A DNA stretch of 64,000 nt from Patescibacteria group bacterium (lineage in GTDB: Bacteria > Patescibacteriota > Patescibacteriia > SG8-24 > DYFX01). Location of the stretch: assembly GCA_041659045.1 (NCBI GenBank), contig JBAZZB010000001.1, positions 134,111-198,110 of the forward strand, written 5' to 3'. Every line of letters starts with the position of its first letter. Position 1 is the stretch's first letter. A model generated the notes under the pieces. It was not told the origin of the DNA. It worked only from the letters and a program-made list of their open reading frames with translations, and did no database searches. The position numbers and the translations under genes were made by a program. Positions 16,328 to 26,079 of the stretch are shown piece by piece.

Positions 16328-17020
16328 TCACGCGCGCACCTCGACAAGCAGGCCTGGTCTTGTGGCGCGGATCCGCTCGGCTACGGCTGCAAGGTCAAGA
16401 CCTGGCGCACGGGGCAAGTCTTTCGCAAGCGTTTTCTCATATCGCATTTCCTGTAAGGCGTACCGATCGCCAGATCCCAGAGATGAAGCGATTTTCACGA
16501 GGTCGTCTTCCGTATGGAGATGTGGGTAGACGGTCGTACGGAACTCGCAGGCAATTCCGGATGAGCGGATGACGCCCATTGTTTCAATGCAGTTGTCGGT
16601 CGCAACGCGGGCGGCGGGTCCTATGACTTCGCCATAGCGGCTCCAGACATGCTTGAGGTCCATCGCGAAGAAGTCCACGAGTTTCTCTTGTATGACGCGC
16701 TCGATCATGCGCGGATGCACGCCGTTCGTATCGAGCTTCGTCTCGAGTCCCATTGATTTGATCTCCGACAAAAACTCCGGCAAGTCCGGATGCACGGTTG
16801 GTTCTCCGCCTGTGACGACGACGCCGTCGAGAAACAGGCGGCGCTCAGCAAGGCGATCCAAAACCTCTTCCGTTTCCATCTCGTTCTTACCACGTGTCGG
16901 AAGAAGTTCCGGATTGTGGCAGTAGACGCAACGGAACGGACAACCCTGCGTGAAGACGATCGCCGCTACGCGACCGGGAAAATCAAGCAGGCTCAGTGGC
17001 TGCAATCCGGCGATGCGCAT
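16328..17020 (-). CDS. nrdG: Anaerobic ribonucleoside-triphosphate reductase activating protein NrdG (radical SAM)
   Basis: CPFRCVYCHNPEL is the radical-SAM CxxxCxxC motif; it lies downstream of nrdD and overlaps it. Confidence 0.9.
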   Translation of the reverse strand: MRIAGLQPLSLLDFPGRVAAIVFTQGCPFRCVYCHNPELLPTRGKNEMETEEVLDRLAERRLFLDGVVVTGGEPTVHPDLPEFLSEIKSMGLETKLDTNGVHPRMIERVIQEKLVDFFAMDLKHVWSRYGEVIGPAARVATDNCIETMGVIRSSGIACEFRTTVYPHLHTEDDLVKIASSLGSGDRYALQEMRYEKTLAKDLPRAPGLDLAAVAERIRATRPGLLVEVRA

Positions 17021-18815
17021 ATGGAGTGGTCATGTTCGGAACTTCGTATTCTTTGCGCCCCACGTATTCGCTCTTCTTGCCGACGTTCCATTGGTCGACC
17101 GGACGGAAGTATCCAACGACACGCGACCAGACTTCGCAGCGTTCCTGGCAGGTCGGGCATTCCGGCTTTTCACCTTCGAGATAGCCGTGCGACGGACAAA
17201 TGCTAAAGGTCGGCGTGATCGTGAAGTAGGGGAGACGGTGGTTCTCGGCGACTTTTTTGACGAAGCGCGCGCAGGTTGTCCAATCGCGCACGCGCTCGCC
17301 GAGGAAAAGGTGGAGTACGGTACCACCCGTGTATTTAGACTGCAGCTCATCTTGATGTCCAAGCGCAGCAAGTGGATCGTCTGTGTGTCCAACGGGCAAG
17401 TGCGACGAGTTCGTGTAGTACGGCGCTTGCGGCGTTCCCGCTTGGATGATGTCGCTCCAGCGCTTCCGGTCTTCTTTGGCGAATCGGTAGGTTGTGCCTT
17501 CGGCCGGCGTCGCTTCTAAGTTGTAGAGGTGCCCTGTTTCTTCTTGATAGGCAACCAAACGATCACGCATGAACTCGAGCACCTCAAGCGAGAAAGCGCG
17601 GCCTTCTTCGGTGGCGATATCGGAACCGAGCAAGTTAAGACAGGCTTCATTCATGCCGTTCAAACCGATCGTCGAGAAATGGTTGCGTAGCGTGCCGAGA
17701 TATCTTTTGGTGAACGGTAGAAGACCGCGATCGATGTTGCGTTGCACGGTGACGCGCTTGATTTCGAGTGAATTTTTCGCCAGATCCATCAAGCGGCCAA
17801 GACGCGTAAAGAACGCGTCCTTCGATTTTGCGCGATAGCCGATTCTCGCCAAATTGATCGTGACGACGCCGACGGAGCCGGTCATTTCTGCCGAGCCGAA
17901 CAAGCCACCGCCACGAGCCTTCAGAGCGCGCAGGTCGAGCTGTAAGCGGCAACACATGCTGCGGACATCTTTGGGATCAAGCGCCGAGTTCAGGAAGTTT
18001 TGGAAGTAGGGGATGCCGTACTTGGCGGTCATTTCAAAGAGACGCTGCGCATTCTCCGACTCCCAGTCGAAGTCCTTGGTGATGTTGTAGGTCGGGATTG
18101 GGAAGGTGAAGACGCGTCCGCGTGCGTCGCCGGCGGTCATGACGTCGATGAAAGCGCGGTTGATCATGTCCATCTCCGGCTTGCAATCAGCGTAGGTGTA
18201 CGACTGATCTTTTTGCGCAATGCGCGGACGTTTTTCGAGAAGGTCTTCCGGTACCGTCCAATCGAGCGTGATGTTTGTGAAAGGCGTCTGCATGCCCCAG
18301 CGCGACGGAACGTTCAGATTGAAGACAAATTGTTGCACGGCCTGACGCACCTCATCGTAAGAGAGGTCGTCGTTTTTTACGTACGGAGCAAGAAGCGTGT
18401 CGAACGAGGAAAACGCCTGCGCGCCCGCCCACTCGTTCTGCAGTGTGCCAAGGAAGTTCACCATCTGTCCGAGCGCCGTTTCAAAATGCTTGGGAGGAGC
18501 GGACTCGACGCGGCCAGGTACTCCGTTGAATCCCTCTTCCAAAAGCTGACGCAGGCTCCAGCCGGCGCAGTAGCCCGCGAAGAGGTCGAGATCGTGAATA
18601 TGGAAATCGCCCTCAACATGCGCGCGACGCACGGCTGCCGGGTAGACGCGCTGCAGCCAATACTGGGCCGTCAGTTTGCCAGAAATATTCAGAATCATGC
18701 CGCCGAGCGAGTAGCCCTGGTTCGCGTTGGCATGCACGCGCCAGTCCGAACGGTCCAAATATTCTTCAATCGTCGAGATGGCGTCGATCTGGGAGGCGTT
18801 AGAGGTGGGCGACAT
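16983..18815 (-). CDS. nrdD: Anaerobic ribonucleoside-triphosphate reductase NrdD (class III RNR)
   Basis: ...HVEGDFHIHDLD..., C-terminal glycyl-radical region ...RVVGYFRP... and Zn motif CPSHGYLEGEKPECPTC. Start ATG at 18815; no strong SD. Confidence 0.9.
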   Translation of the reverse strand: MSPTSNASQIDAISTIEEYLDRSDWRVHANANQGYSLGGMILNISGKLTAQYWLQRVYPAAVRRAHVEGDFHIHDLDLFAGYCAGWSLRQLLEEGFNGVPGRVESAPPKHFETALGQMVNFLGTLQNEWAGAQAFSSFDTLLAPYVKNDDLSYDEVRQAVQQFVFNLNVPSRWGMQTPFTNITLDWTVPEDLLEKRPRIAQKDQSYTYADCKPEMDMINRAFIDVMTAGDARGRVFTFPIPTYNITKDFDWESENAQRLFEMTAKYGIPYFQNFLNSALDPKDVRSMCCRLQLDLRALKARGGGLFGSAEMTGSVGVVTINLARIGYRAKSKDAFFTRLGRLMDLAKNSLEIKRVTVQRNIDRGLLPFTKRYLGTLRNHFSTIGLNGMNEACLNLLGSDIATEEGRAFSLEVLEFMRDRLVAYQEETGHLYNLEATPAEGTTYRFAKEDRKRWSDIIQAGTPQAPYYTNSSHLPVGHTDDPLAALGHQDELQSKYTGGTVLHLFLGERVRDWTTCARFVKKVAENHRLPYFTITPTFSICPSHGYLEGEKPECPTCQERCEVWSRVVGYFRPVDQWNVGKKSEYVGRKEYEVPNMTTPYAHRRIAATEPA

Positions 18816-18887
18816 AGTATTGAAGGAGATGAATAAAAAAAGCACGCGACGGGCGCGAGCTTCTAGAGCTTCTGCAGGGGACCGCTT

Positions 18888-19085
18888 TTAGTTTTCAGGC
18901 GTATGCGGAATGCGGTTCGGGCACGGGTCGATCATGCACAGGAGTCGATTGTACTGCGAAGCGACGACGTTCGTGATGGCGTGGCAGTGCTTGCATTTGA
19001 CCTCCACCGACCCCTCGACCAAGAGGCCTTTGAAGAGCAATTTTTTACACTGCCCGCAGCGATATTCGGAAAGGCAAACGGACAT
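18888..19085 (-). CDS. Com-family zinc-ribbon protein (Mu Com-like)
   Basis: 65 aa; CxxC...KCxHC pattern (RCGQCKKLLF...VKCKHCHAITNV). No clear RBS. Confidence 0.45.
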   Translation of the reverse strand: MSVCLSEYRCGQCKKLLFKGLLVEGSVEVKCKHCHAITNVVASQYNRLLCMIDPCPNRIPHTPEN

Positions 19086-19245
19086 ACGTACGGGTTATGC
19101 ACAGTCGTTCCACTAGATATAGTATCTCAAAAAAACTCTGACCACAATATGTGGTGTGGATGAAAATACGCCCCACAAGGCTCCGAAAGGGCGTTACCTT
19201 TCAAAAACCCATTCGTAGTACACTGGTGAGAGCGCTCCCAACCCC

Positions 19246-19767
19246 ATGGATACCCAACAATTTGCGTCGTTCTACGACGCGCATGTCCGCGACATCTATA
19301 AGTACCTCTATTACCGCACGCAGCATCGCGAGACGGCCGAGGATTTGACGTCTCAGGTTTTCTTGAAGGCACTCGATAAATTTGCTGCCTACGACGAAAC
19401 GCGTGGGACTTTTATCGCCTGGCTCTATCGCATCGCTCGGAACACACTGATCGATCATTACCGCGCCACGCGCGCGACGCTCGATATTGAAGACGTCTGG
19501 GATCTGCAATCCGATACCGACGTCGCACGAGACGCCGAAGCGCATGAGCGTATCGCCAAACTTCAGCCTTACCTCACGGCACTGCCGAAAGAACAACGCG
19601 AACTGCTCTTGCTGCGTCTCTGGGATGGGCTTTCGTACGCTGAGATTTCCGAAATCGTCGGCAAGAGCGAAGACGCCTGTAAAATGGCGTACTCACGCGT
19701 CGTCGCCAAACTCCGCAAAGAGGTTCCCGCCTCGATTCTGCTTCTCCTTCTCTTCACGCATCTATGA
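19246..19767 (+). CDS. ECF-type RNA polymerase sigma-70 factor
   Basis: Region 2 (DLTSQVFLKALDKFAAYDETRGTFIAWLYRIARNTLIDHYR) and region 4 (LPKEQRELLLLRLWDGLSYAEISEIVGKSEDACKMAYSR). Confidence 0.85.
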   Translation: MDTQQFASFYDAHVRDIYKYLYYRTQHRETAEDLTSQVFLKALDKFAAYDETRGTFIAWLYRIARNTLIDHYRATRATLDIEDVWDLQSDTDVARDAEAHERIAKLQPYLTALPKEQRELLLLRLWDGLSYAEISEIVGKSEDACKMAYSRVVAKLRKEVPASILLLLLFTHL

Positions 19768-21281
19768 TCGACCAAAAACGTATCGACGCGCTTCTTGAGG
19801 AGCTCTACGCGATCCAACCGGATCTTCGCGCGCAAGACGCTCCGCTTCGCGCGCTCGTTCAAGAGCTACTGATCTCCAAGCCCGATGCGGCGCTCGATGA
19901 ACATTTCGTCGAACGCCTGCGTTCCGAGTTGCTCGCTCGCGCCTCCGCCGTTTCTCCTAAGTTCAACGTTATGAATATCTTCTCTACAAAACATCGTTTC
20001 CTTGTTCCGGGACTGGCTGTGCTTGTCCTGGCGGTAGCCGGTGCTACGGCCCTCCAAAGCATCCAGCAACCGGGGCGTCTGACATCATCCCGCGTTGCCA
20101 TGGCTCCTTCTTTGGAACGTGTGAACTCGAATGCCTTCGGCAAGCTTTCTGGCAGCAACGGTGACGCTGGTTCCAACGCCACGTTCATGGCTCCGGAAAC
20201 AGCGCCTTCTACGGCATCCCCGCGTCCGCAGTCCGGTGGCGGCGGTGGCATGGGCCTTACGGTCGATTCCAAAATGGTCGCGCCTGATTGGGTTCCGACG
20301 ATCTATCACTACGTCTACAAAGGCGAGGCCATTGAAAACCTGGACGCGCAGATTGACGTCTATCGCCGCGTAAAAGCCGCGCCGGCCGTCGGCCCGCTTT
20401 CCGCGCTCCAAGACGCAAACCTCGGTCTGGTTGATTTGAACAATGCCAAGGACGCCTTCGTGCAATCTTTCACGATCGCCGAAAAGCGCGACCAGGGCTA
20501 CGTCTTCAACGTCGATGCGCAGGAGGGTATGGTCAATATTTTCCAAAACGGAAAATGGATCTCACCGCTTTCGCGCTGCATCGATCAGAACTGCTATGAA
20601 CAGAACCGCCTGAAAGAAAGCGATTTGCTTTCCGACGAAGAATCGATCCGCATCGCCGACGCCTTCCTCGTCGAGTACGGCATCTCGAAGGCTGACTACG
20701 GCGCGCCGATCGTCAACAACCAGTGGCGCATGCAATACGCGGCCATGGACTCCGCCTCCCGTTCTTCCTTCTGGTTTCCTGAAGGCATCAGCGTCGTCTA
20801 CCCGGTTCTTGCCGACGGTAAAGTCGCTTACGACGAAAGTGGATATCCGTACGGCCTGAACGTGAACGTCGACGTACGCATGAAGCGCGTCCAGAGCGTC
20901 TGGAACCTCTTCACCCGCACCTATCAGGTTTCTTCGTACGCCGCAGAAACCGACGTGAAGCGTTTGCTTGGCATCGCTGAAAACACCGACAACTACGGAG
21001 GTGGATGGCCGGATAATGCCAAGCGCGTCGATGTTGAGCTCGGTACGCCGAAGATTGCCTACGTTCGCGCGTGGCAGCAATTGGGCACGACCGGTGCGGA
21101 ACTTCTCGTGCCCGCGCTTATCTTCCCGATCCAGAACGCACCTGCTGAGCTCTGGCGCCAGAACGTGATCGTTCCGCTCGCCAAAGATCTGCTCGATGCC
21201 TTGCCACCTATGGTTGGTATTCCCATGCCTGTCGATGCGCCCGTCATGATGGCTCCGCCTGAGGTGAAAGAAACAAAATAG
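19764..21281 (+). CDS. Putative anti-sigma factor (single TM, large extracytoplasmic domain)
   Basis: ATGA overlap with the sigma gene stop. Cytoplasmic N-terminal ~70 aa, a TM (FLVPGLAVLVLAVAGATAL), then a ~400 aa extracytoplasmic domain. Confidence 0.55.
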   Translation: MIDQKRIDALLEELYAIQPDLRAQDAPLRALVQELLISKPDAALDEHFVERLRSELLARASAVSPKFNVMNIFSTKHRFLVPGLAVLVLAVAGATALQSIQQPGRLTSSRVAMAPSLERVNSNAFGKLSGSNGDAGSNATFMAPETAPSTASPRPQSGGGGGMGLTVDSKMVAPDWVPTIYHYVYKGEAIENLDAQIDVYRRVKAAPAVGPLSALQDANLGLVDLNNAKDAFVQSFTIAEKRDQGYVFNVDAQEGMVNIFQNGKWISPLSRCIDQNCYEQNRLKESDLLSDEESIRIADAFLVEYGISKADYGAPIVNNQWRMQYAAMDSASRSSFWFPEGISVVYPVLADGKVAYDESGYPYGLNVNVDVRMKRVQSVWNLFTRTYQVSSYAAETDVKRLLGIAENTDNYGGGWPDNAKRVDVELGTPKIAYVRAWQQLGTTGAELLVPALIFPIQNAPAELWRQNVIVPLAKDLLDALPPMVGIPMPVDAPVMMAPPEVKETK

Positions 21282-21285
21282 TACT

Positions 21286-21960
21286 ATGATCGAACAGGTT
21301 GGCCGTGTTGGCCGCGCGCCGGAACGGCTTGTCTATCGCGATCTGAAGCTGGAGCGAAAGGGTTTCCTTTCGCTCTTCAGCTTTGCGCTTGATGGTTCGA
21401 CGCATCGTTTCGATGGCATGGCACGCGGCCCGGCGGTCATCGTGCTTCCCGTCGACTTTGCTCGCCGCGAGCTCTATATGCTCCGCGAGATTCGTCCGCT
21501 CAAGCCGTTCGCGTATTTCGCGCGCGCGGAAGAAGCGCTTCGTGGCTTGCTGAAAGGCGCGAGCATCGAGAGTTACGAGGTTGAAGCGGAACACGCGCGT
21601 CTCTATGAGATGCCGGCCGGCATGATTGATGGGGATGAAACGCCCGAAGATGCCGCCGTGCGCGAACTGCGTGAAGAAACCGGACTCATCATCCCGACCA
21701 CCCGGCTTCGACGGGTGGCTTCGGCGTTTCCGTCGATCGGTGGTTCGACAGAGCTCGTGTACCTGTTCATCGCTGATTTGCCGGAGACACACGCTCAAGA
21801 TCGCGAAGAGGCGCGGGGTGACGGGGGAGAGGAAATCGAGATTTTAAAAATGGGCTGGGACGATGCTTTTGCGCTTTTGGAAAAAGAAACGCTCGGCGTT
21901 TCGTCCGGTTTGTTGCTGCGCGAGCTCAAGGTGCTGGACATGCAGAGGAAATTGGGTTAA
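21286..21960 (+). CDS. NUDIX hydrolase (ADP-ribose pyrophosphatase-like)
   Basis: Nudix box GMIDGDETPEDAAVRELREETGL. Confidence 0.8.
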   Translation: MIEQVGRVGRAPERLVYRDLKLERKGFLSLFSFALDGSTHRFDGMARGPAVIVLPVDFARRELYMLREIRPLKPFAYFARAEEALRGLLKGASIESYEVEAEHARLYEMPAGMIDGDETPEDAAVRELREETGLIIPTTRLRRVASAFPSIGGSTELVYLFIADLPETHAQDREEARGDGGEEIEILKMGWDDAFALLEKETLGVSSGLLLRELKVLDMQRKLG

Positions 21961-21990
21961 CCTCCGTACGCACTCGAAGCGGAGGAATTC

Positions 21991-22413
21991 GTGAGCGATC
22001 AATACGTTCTTCTGACCGAGCCACTTTTCGTTCTGGGGTCCGGGATTGGGTATGAGCGCGAGGTCTTGCTGTGGACGCCACCGACCGACGACGAAGTATC
22101 GGCGTGGCAAGTTCCGAACGCGGCACTCGTGTATCAGCTCTTCCATTGGCTGGATGTGCCCAAGGTCACTGCTGCCGAGCTCAAGAGCTTTGTCGAGCGG
22201 CGTCTGCTGACCGCGCCCAATGCGCCGCATGTGGGCTTGAGTTGCGCGTTGTTGCCAAAGCAGCGCTTCGAGCGGCTGCAGGCGCGCATGATGGAGCGCA
22301 GCGTCACGATCTTCAAGGTGTTCAAGTATAGAGAGATCGTGAAGAAGACGTCGCCTTTCGACTGGCAGACGGTCTGCATGCTGCTCTACGCGTTCGAACA
22401 TCTTGATCGGTAA
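21991..22413 (+). CDS. Hypothetical protein
   Basis: GTG start preceded by GGAGGA 5 nt upstream; 140 aa; no recognised family. Confidence 0.5.
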   Translation: MSDQYVLLTEPLFVLGSGIGYEREVLLWTPPTDDEVSAWQVPNAALVYQLFHWLDVPKVTAAELKSFVERRLLTAPNAPHVGLSCALLPKQRFERLQARMMERSVTIFKVFKYREIVKKTSPFDWQTVCMLLYAFEHLDR

Positions 22414-22513
22414 CGCTTTGCGCGTCGCTCACGGGCGACCTGTCTTGACGGCGAGTCGGAAATGGGAGATACTCCCTGTCGATTCGCCTTTTCTTTTCAG
22501 GAGAAGAAGTAGC

Positions 22514-22897
22514 ATGAGTGAAGATCCGAGGGCGGCCCTCTTTCGCAAAGAAGCTGACGCGAAGGGGATGACGCTCAAGATAACAGGCGATGATTGTCTG
22601 GATGTCGAAACACGGTTCACGTTCGCTTTGAAACGAGGAACGATCGTCACGTCACGTCACCCCACGCAGCTGACAGGGCTTCTCAAGCTCGCCGAGGCTG
22701 TCTGGGGACGCATGCAGGGCGATCATGCGGAGTTGATGCTCGTCAGTGCGCGGCGCGAAGATCTTCACCCGTCAGCGTCGCCAGCGAACGTCGTCTGGCA
22801 GCTGGCGGGTACGCAACCGTCACGCATCACGTTCAGTACCTGGCTCGAAGATCAGCTCCTTCTCTCCAAGGCCGTGTTGCTCAGGGGTTTCCCGTAG
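22514..22897 (+). CDS. Hypothetical protein
   Basis: ATG at 22514 with AGGAGA upstream; 127 aa. Confidence 0.5.
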   Translation: MSEDPRAALFRKEADAKGMTLKITGDDCLDVETRFTFALKRGTIVTSRHPTQLTGLLKLAEAVWGRMQGDHAELMLVSARREDLHPSASPANVVWQLAGTQPSRITFSTWLEDQLLLSKAVLLRGFP

Positions 22898-22946
22898 CAC
22901 CGGCCTTTTTTGTTTGAGATGCACGCATCTGCTACGATGTGGGCGT

Positions 22947-23417
22947 ATGGTCAAGACGCTCACCCTCTGCGTCGTCCGCAACGACACCCACATTCTTTTG
23001 GGTATGAAAAAACGCGGATTCGGCGAGGGGCGTTGGAACGGTTTTGGTGGCAAAGTTCAGCTCGGTGAGACAATCGAAGAGGCTGCGCGACGAGAACTGC
23101 AAGAAGAGTGCGGTCTCGAAGCTGAAACACTCGAGAAGCGTGGTGTGCTAACCTTTGAATTTGCGACCTTGCCGGAAGTGCTTGAAGTCCACGTCTACGA
23201 AGTGACGGCGCATCGTGGCGAACCGGTCGAGTCCGATGAGATGCGTCCTGCGTGGTTCCGATTGACCGACATCCCATTTAACGAGATGTGGCCGGATGAT
23301 CGTCACTGGCTTCCGATTTTTTTGGAAGGGCAGCAGGTGCACGGAAAGTTCTATTTCCTTGATGCCGAAACCTTACTCGATTTCACTCTTCACGAGGGAC
23401 TCCCTCAACCCGTATGA
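22947..23417 (+). CDS. NUDIX hydrolase, MutT-like (8-oxo-dGTP diphosphatase family)
   Basis: Nudix box GGKVQLGETIEEAARRELQEECGL; 156 aa. Confidence 0.8.
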   Translation: MVKTLTLCVVRNDTHILLGMKKRGFGEGRWNGFGGKVQLGETIEEAARRELQEECGLEAETLEKRGVLTFEFATLPEVLEVHVYEVTAHRGEPVESDEMRPAWFRLTDIPFNEMWPDDRHWLPIFLEGQQVHGKFYFLDAETLLDFTLHEGLPQPV

Positions 23418-23926
23418 AAACGTACATTATCGCGTCTGCACTGCTCGTTACGCTCGGTGCGGGTTGCGTTTCCTCGCAGCCTGTTGCGCAGCCACCTGTG
23501 AACGAGCAGCCCGCACCAGCTCCGCAGCCCGCGCCGGCCGCTGTTAACGAAGATCCGGTCTACGGCCCTTCGTACAAAGCGAACATGATTGTTGTCGACA
23601 AGATTCGTCTCGGCGAGAAGATCGCGAGCCCTCTCGTGATTACGGGTAAGGCGCGCGGGAACTGGTATTTTGAGGCCAGCTTTCCGGTTGAACTTGTCGA
23701 CTCGAACAACAAACTCATTGCGAACGGTATCGCACAGGCTCAAGGCGACTGGATGACAACGAACTTCGTGCCGTTCAAAACGACGCTGACGTTTTTGACG
23801 CCGGACATGTACAACATGAACGCGACGTTGATTTTCCGGAAAGACAACCCGTCCGGCGAACCGCAAAACGACGACCAGATGCGCTTCCCAGTCCAGTTTG
23901 ATATCAACGAAGTCAACGCGGAATAA
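23414..23926 (+). CDS. Lipoprotein with GerMN/Gmad2-like immunoglobulin-fold domain
   Basis: Lipobox LGAGC followed by a Pro/Ala-rich linker. ATG overlaps the upstream stop. Confidence 0.55.
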   Translation: MKTYIIASALLVTLGAGCVSSQPVAQPPVNEQPAPAPQPAPAAVNEDPVYGPSYKANMIVVDKIRLGEKIASPLVITGKARGNWYFEASFPVELVDSNNKLIANGIAQAQGDWMTTNFVPFKTTLTFLTPDMYNMNATLIFRKDNPSGEPQNDDQMRFPVQFDINEVNAE

Positions 23927-23929
23927 GAG

Positions 23930-25777
23930 ATGCCTATGGCTGGCGAGGAACGCGCACTCTTGGTGTACGACGGTGATTGCGCTTCCTGCAACCTGTGGGT
24001 CGATCACTGGCGCACGCTGACGGGGGAGCGCGTTCAATACACTTCCTCTCAAGAGATCGCTGAAAAATTCCCGGACGTCCCGCGCGAGAAATACGCTCGC
24101 GCGGTGCAATTGATCGATGCGGACGGCTCCCGCCTTGAAGGCGCTGCGGCCGTTTTTGCCTTACATGCGAAGCGTCCAGGTTTTGGTTGGATGAAAAAAC
24201 TCTACGAGGCGCCGGCCGTTGCTCCGGTTTCGGAGTGGGTCTATCGACTCGTGGCGCGCCACCGTCCTTTCTTTCTCAAACTTACGCATCTGCTTTGGGG
24301 GAAAAAGCTTGAAACGCCGCGCTACGGTTTGACGTCGCGTCTCTTTTTGCAAGCGCTCTCCGCGATCTATTTTTTCGCTTTTATTTCGTTGCTCTCGCAA
24401 CTGCCCGGCCTGGTCGGGGAGCAAGGGCTGTTGCCGGCGCAAACCTCGTTGGCGGCGGCGCGTGCAGAACACGGGTTTGCGGCTGTCTGGCTTGCTCCGA
24501 CATTCGCGTGGTTCGGCGCGCACACAGGAGCGCTGCAATTCATGGCTCTTCTGGGCACGCTCGCGGCGCTTCTCGCTTTTGGTGGAATCTTGCTCGCGCC
24601 GTGCCTCGCGCTCATGTGGGCCCTTTATCTGTCTCTTGTGGTTATTGGGCAATCCTTCGCCGGATTTCAGTGGGACCTGCTCTTGCTCGAAGCGGGCTTC
24701 TTGGCGATCTTCTTGGTGCCGTTCCGTCGCGCTGTCAGCTACCGGTCGCGACTTGAGACGTCTGGGACGGTACTGTGGCTCTACCGGTTTTTACTTTTCC
24801 GACTTCTTCTCGCCTCCGGCTTCATGAGGTTCTTTCCCGAAGGTGCCGGTTGGTTCAACCTCTCGTTCCTGTCTTCGTATTTTGAAACCCAACCGTTGCC
24901 AACAACGATCGCATGGTTCGCGCATCAAGTGCCGGTGGGTGTTCTGAGTGTGTTGGCGCTCTTCCTGTGCGTTTTCGAGCTCCTCGTGCCGTTCCTCTTT
25001 TTCCTACCATCGCGGGCGCGTCGTCTGGGCGCTTTGTTGATGGCTGGATACCAGCTCTTCTGGCTTCTGACCGGCAATTTCGCTTTCTTGCACCTGCTGG
25101 CGCTCGTGCTGTGTCTGCCTCTGCTTGATGATGCGTTGATTGAACGCGTGCTCCCGCGTCTTCGCGCGAAACATCCGTTTGTTCCCGCGCGCGATGGGGT
25201 GTGGCGCAGGCGATTGATCACGACGCTCGCCGTCGCGCTCGTGACGCTTGGTCTCACGCGTCTTTTTGCGATATTCACGCGCGTCCCCGCGCCAGCCTTG
25301 CTCCTCACGGCCGTCATTGCTCCACTGCGTGTTTCAAACGACTACGGTTTCTTTGGTGTGACGACAGCCGCACGGCAGGAGGTCATTATTGAAGGATCGA
25401 CGGATGGTGTCGTTTGGAAAGAATATGGGTTTGTACAAAAGCCGGGTGATCCGAAACGCGCCCCGGGTTGGGCCATGGTATTTCAGTCACGTCTCGACTG
25501 GCGCATGTGGAGCGCGGCGCGGAGCGAACCGACCACGTATCCTTGGGTTGCGCATTTGATGATCCGTTTACTGCAAGGATCAGAGCCTGTTCTCGCGCTG
25601 TTCGAGGAGAATCCGTTCCCGCAGTCGCCGCCGAAGTACGTGCGTGCTACGCTGTACGCGTACCGTTTCACGACGCCGGAGGAACGTGCACGCGATGGTG
25701 CGTGGTGGCGTCGTGAAATGAAATCTTCGTATCTTCCAACTCTTTCCTTGGGCGCGCAGCCCGGAGGTGCACCGTGA
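23930..25777 (+). CDS. DCC1-like thiol-disulfide oxidoreductase (DUF393) fused to a lipase maturation factor family membrane domain
   Basis: N-terminal YDGDCASCNLWV motif, then a polytopic membrane region resembling LMF proteins. Confidence 0.65.
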   Translation: MPMAGEERALLVYDGDCASCNLWVDHWRTLTGERVQYTSSQEIAEKFPDVPREKYARAVQLIDADGSRLEGAAAVFALHAKRPGFGWMKKLYEAPAVAPVSEWVYRLVARHRPFFLKLTHLLWGKKLETPRYGLTSRLFLQALSAIYFFAFISLLSQLPGLVGEQGLLPAQTSLAAARAEHGFAAVWLAPTFAWFGAHTGALQFMALLGTLAALLAFGGILLAPCLALMWALYLSLVVIGQSFAGFQWDLLLLEAGFLAIFLVPFRRAVSYRSRLETSGTVLWLYRFLLFRLLLASGFMRFFPEGAGWFNLSFLSSYFETQPLPTTIAWFAHQVPVGVLSVLALFLCVFELLVPFLFFLPSRARRLGALLMAGYQLFWLLTGNFAFLHLLALVLCLPLLDDALIERVLPRLRAKHPFVPARDGVWRRRLITTLAVALVTLGLTRLFAIFTRVPAPALLLTAVIAPLRVSNDYGFFGVTTAARQEVIIEGSTDGVVWKEYGFVQKPGDPKRAPGWAMVFQSRLDWRMWSAARSEPTTYPWVAHLMIRLLQGSEPVLALFEENPFPQSPPKYVRATLYAYRFTTPEERARDGAWWRREMKSSYLPTLSLGAQPGGAP

Positions 25778-26025
25778 GCGATGATGATGAAGATGAAAAA
25801 CCCGATCAGATAGACAAATCGAAACCGCTCCTCGATGAAGCGGTCGATGATCTCAAGGCACTCTTGAGCAAGCTGGAAGACCTGAATTCACTCTTTCCCG
25901 CGACGCGCGCGTTTCTTGCGATGCAGGGCGTCGACCATGTACGCGATTTGTCGCCAGAAAAGCGAGAAGAGCTCATGGTGTTCTTGCAAGCCGAGCGCAA
26001 CTCGCTCCACAAGCCCCCGAACTGA
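25774..26025 (+). CDS. Small acidic hypothetical protein
   Basis: GTG start overlaps the upstream stop (GTGA); 83 aa, Asp/Glu-rich N-terminus. Confidence 0.4.
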   Translation: MSDDDEDEKPDQIDKSKPLLDEAVDDLKALLSKLEDLNSLFPATRAFLAMQGVDHVRDLSPEKREELMVFLQAERNSLHKPPN

Positions 26026-26079
26026 CCCCGTATGCGTGGGGCGAGCGTTCGGGGGATTTTTGTTGTAGACTTCCGTCAT

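Noticed and set aside
19086-19245. Possible ncRNA or promoter in the 160-nt gap between the Com-like gene and the ECF sigma gene
   Set aside because: No convincing -35/-10 pair, hairpin-U terminator or conserved structure could be identified by eye.
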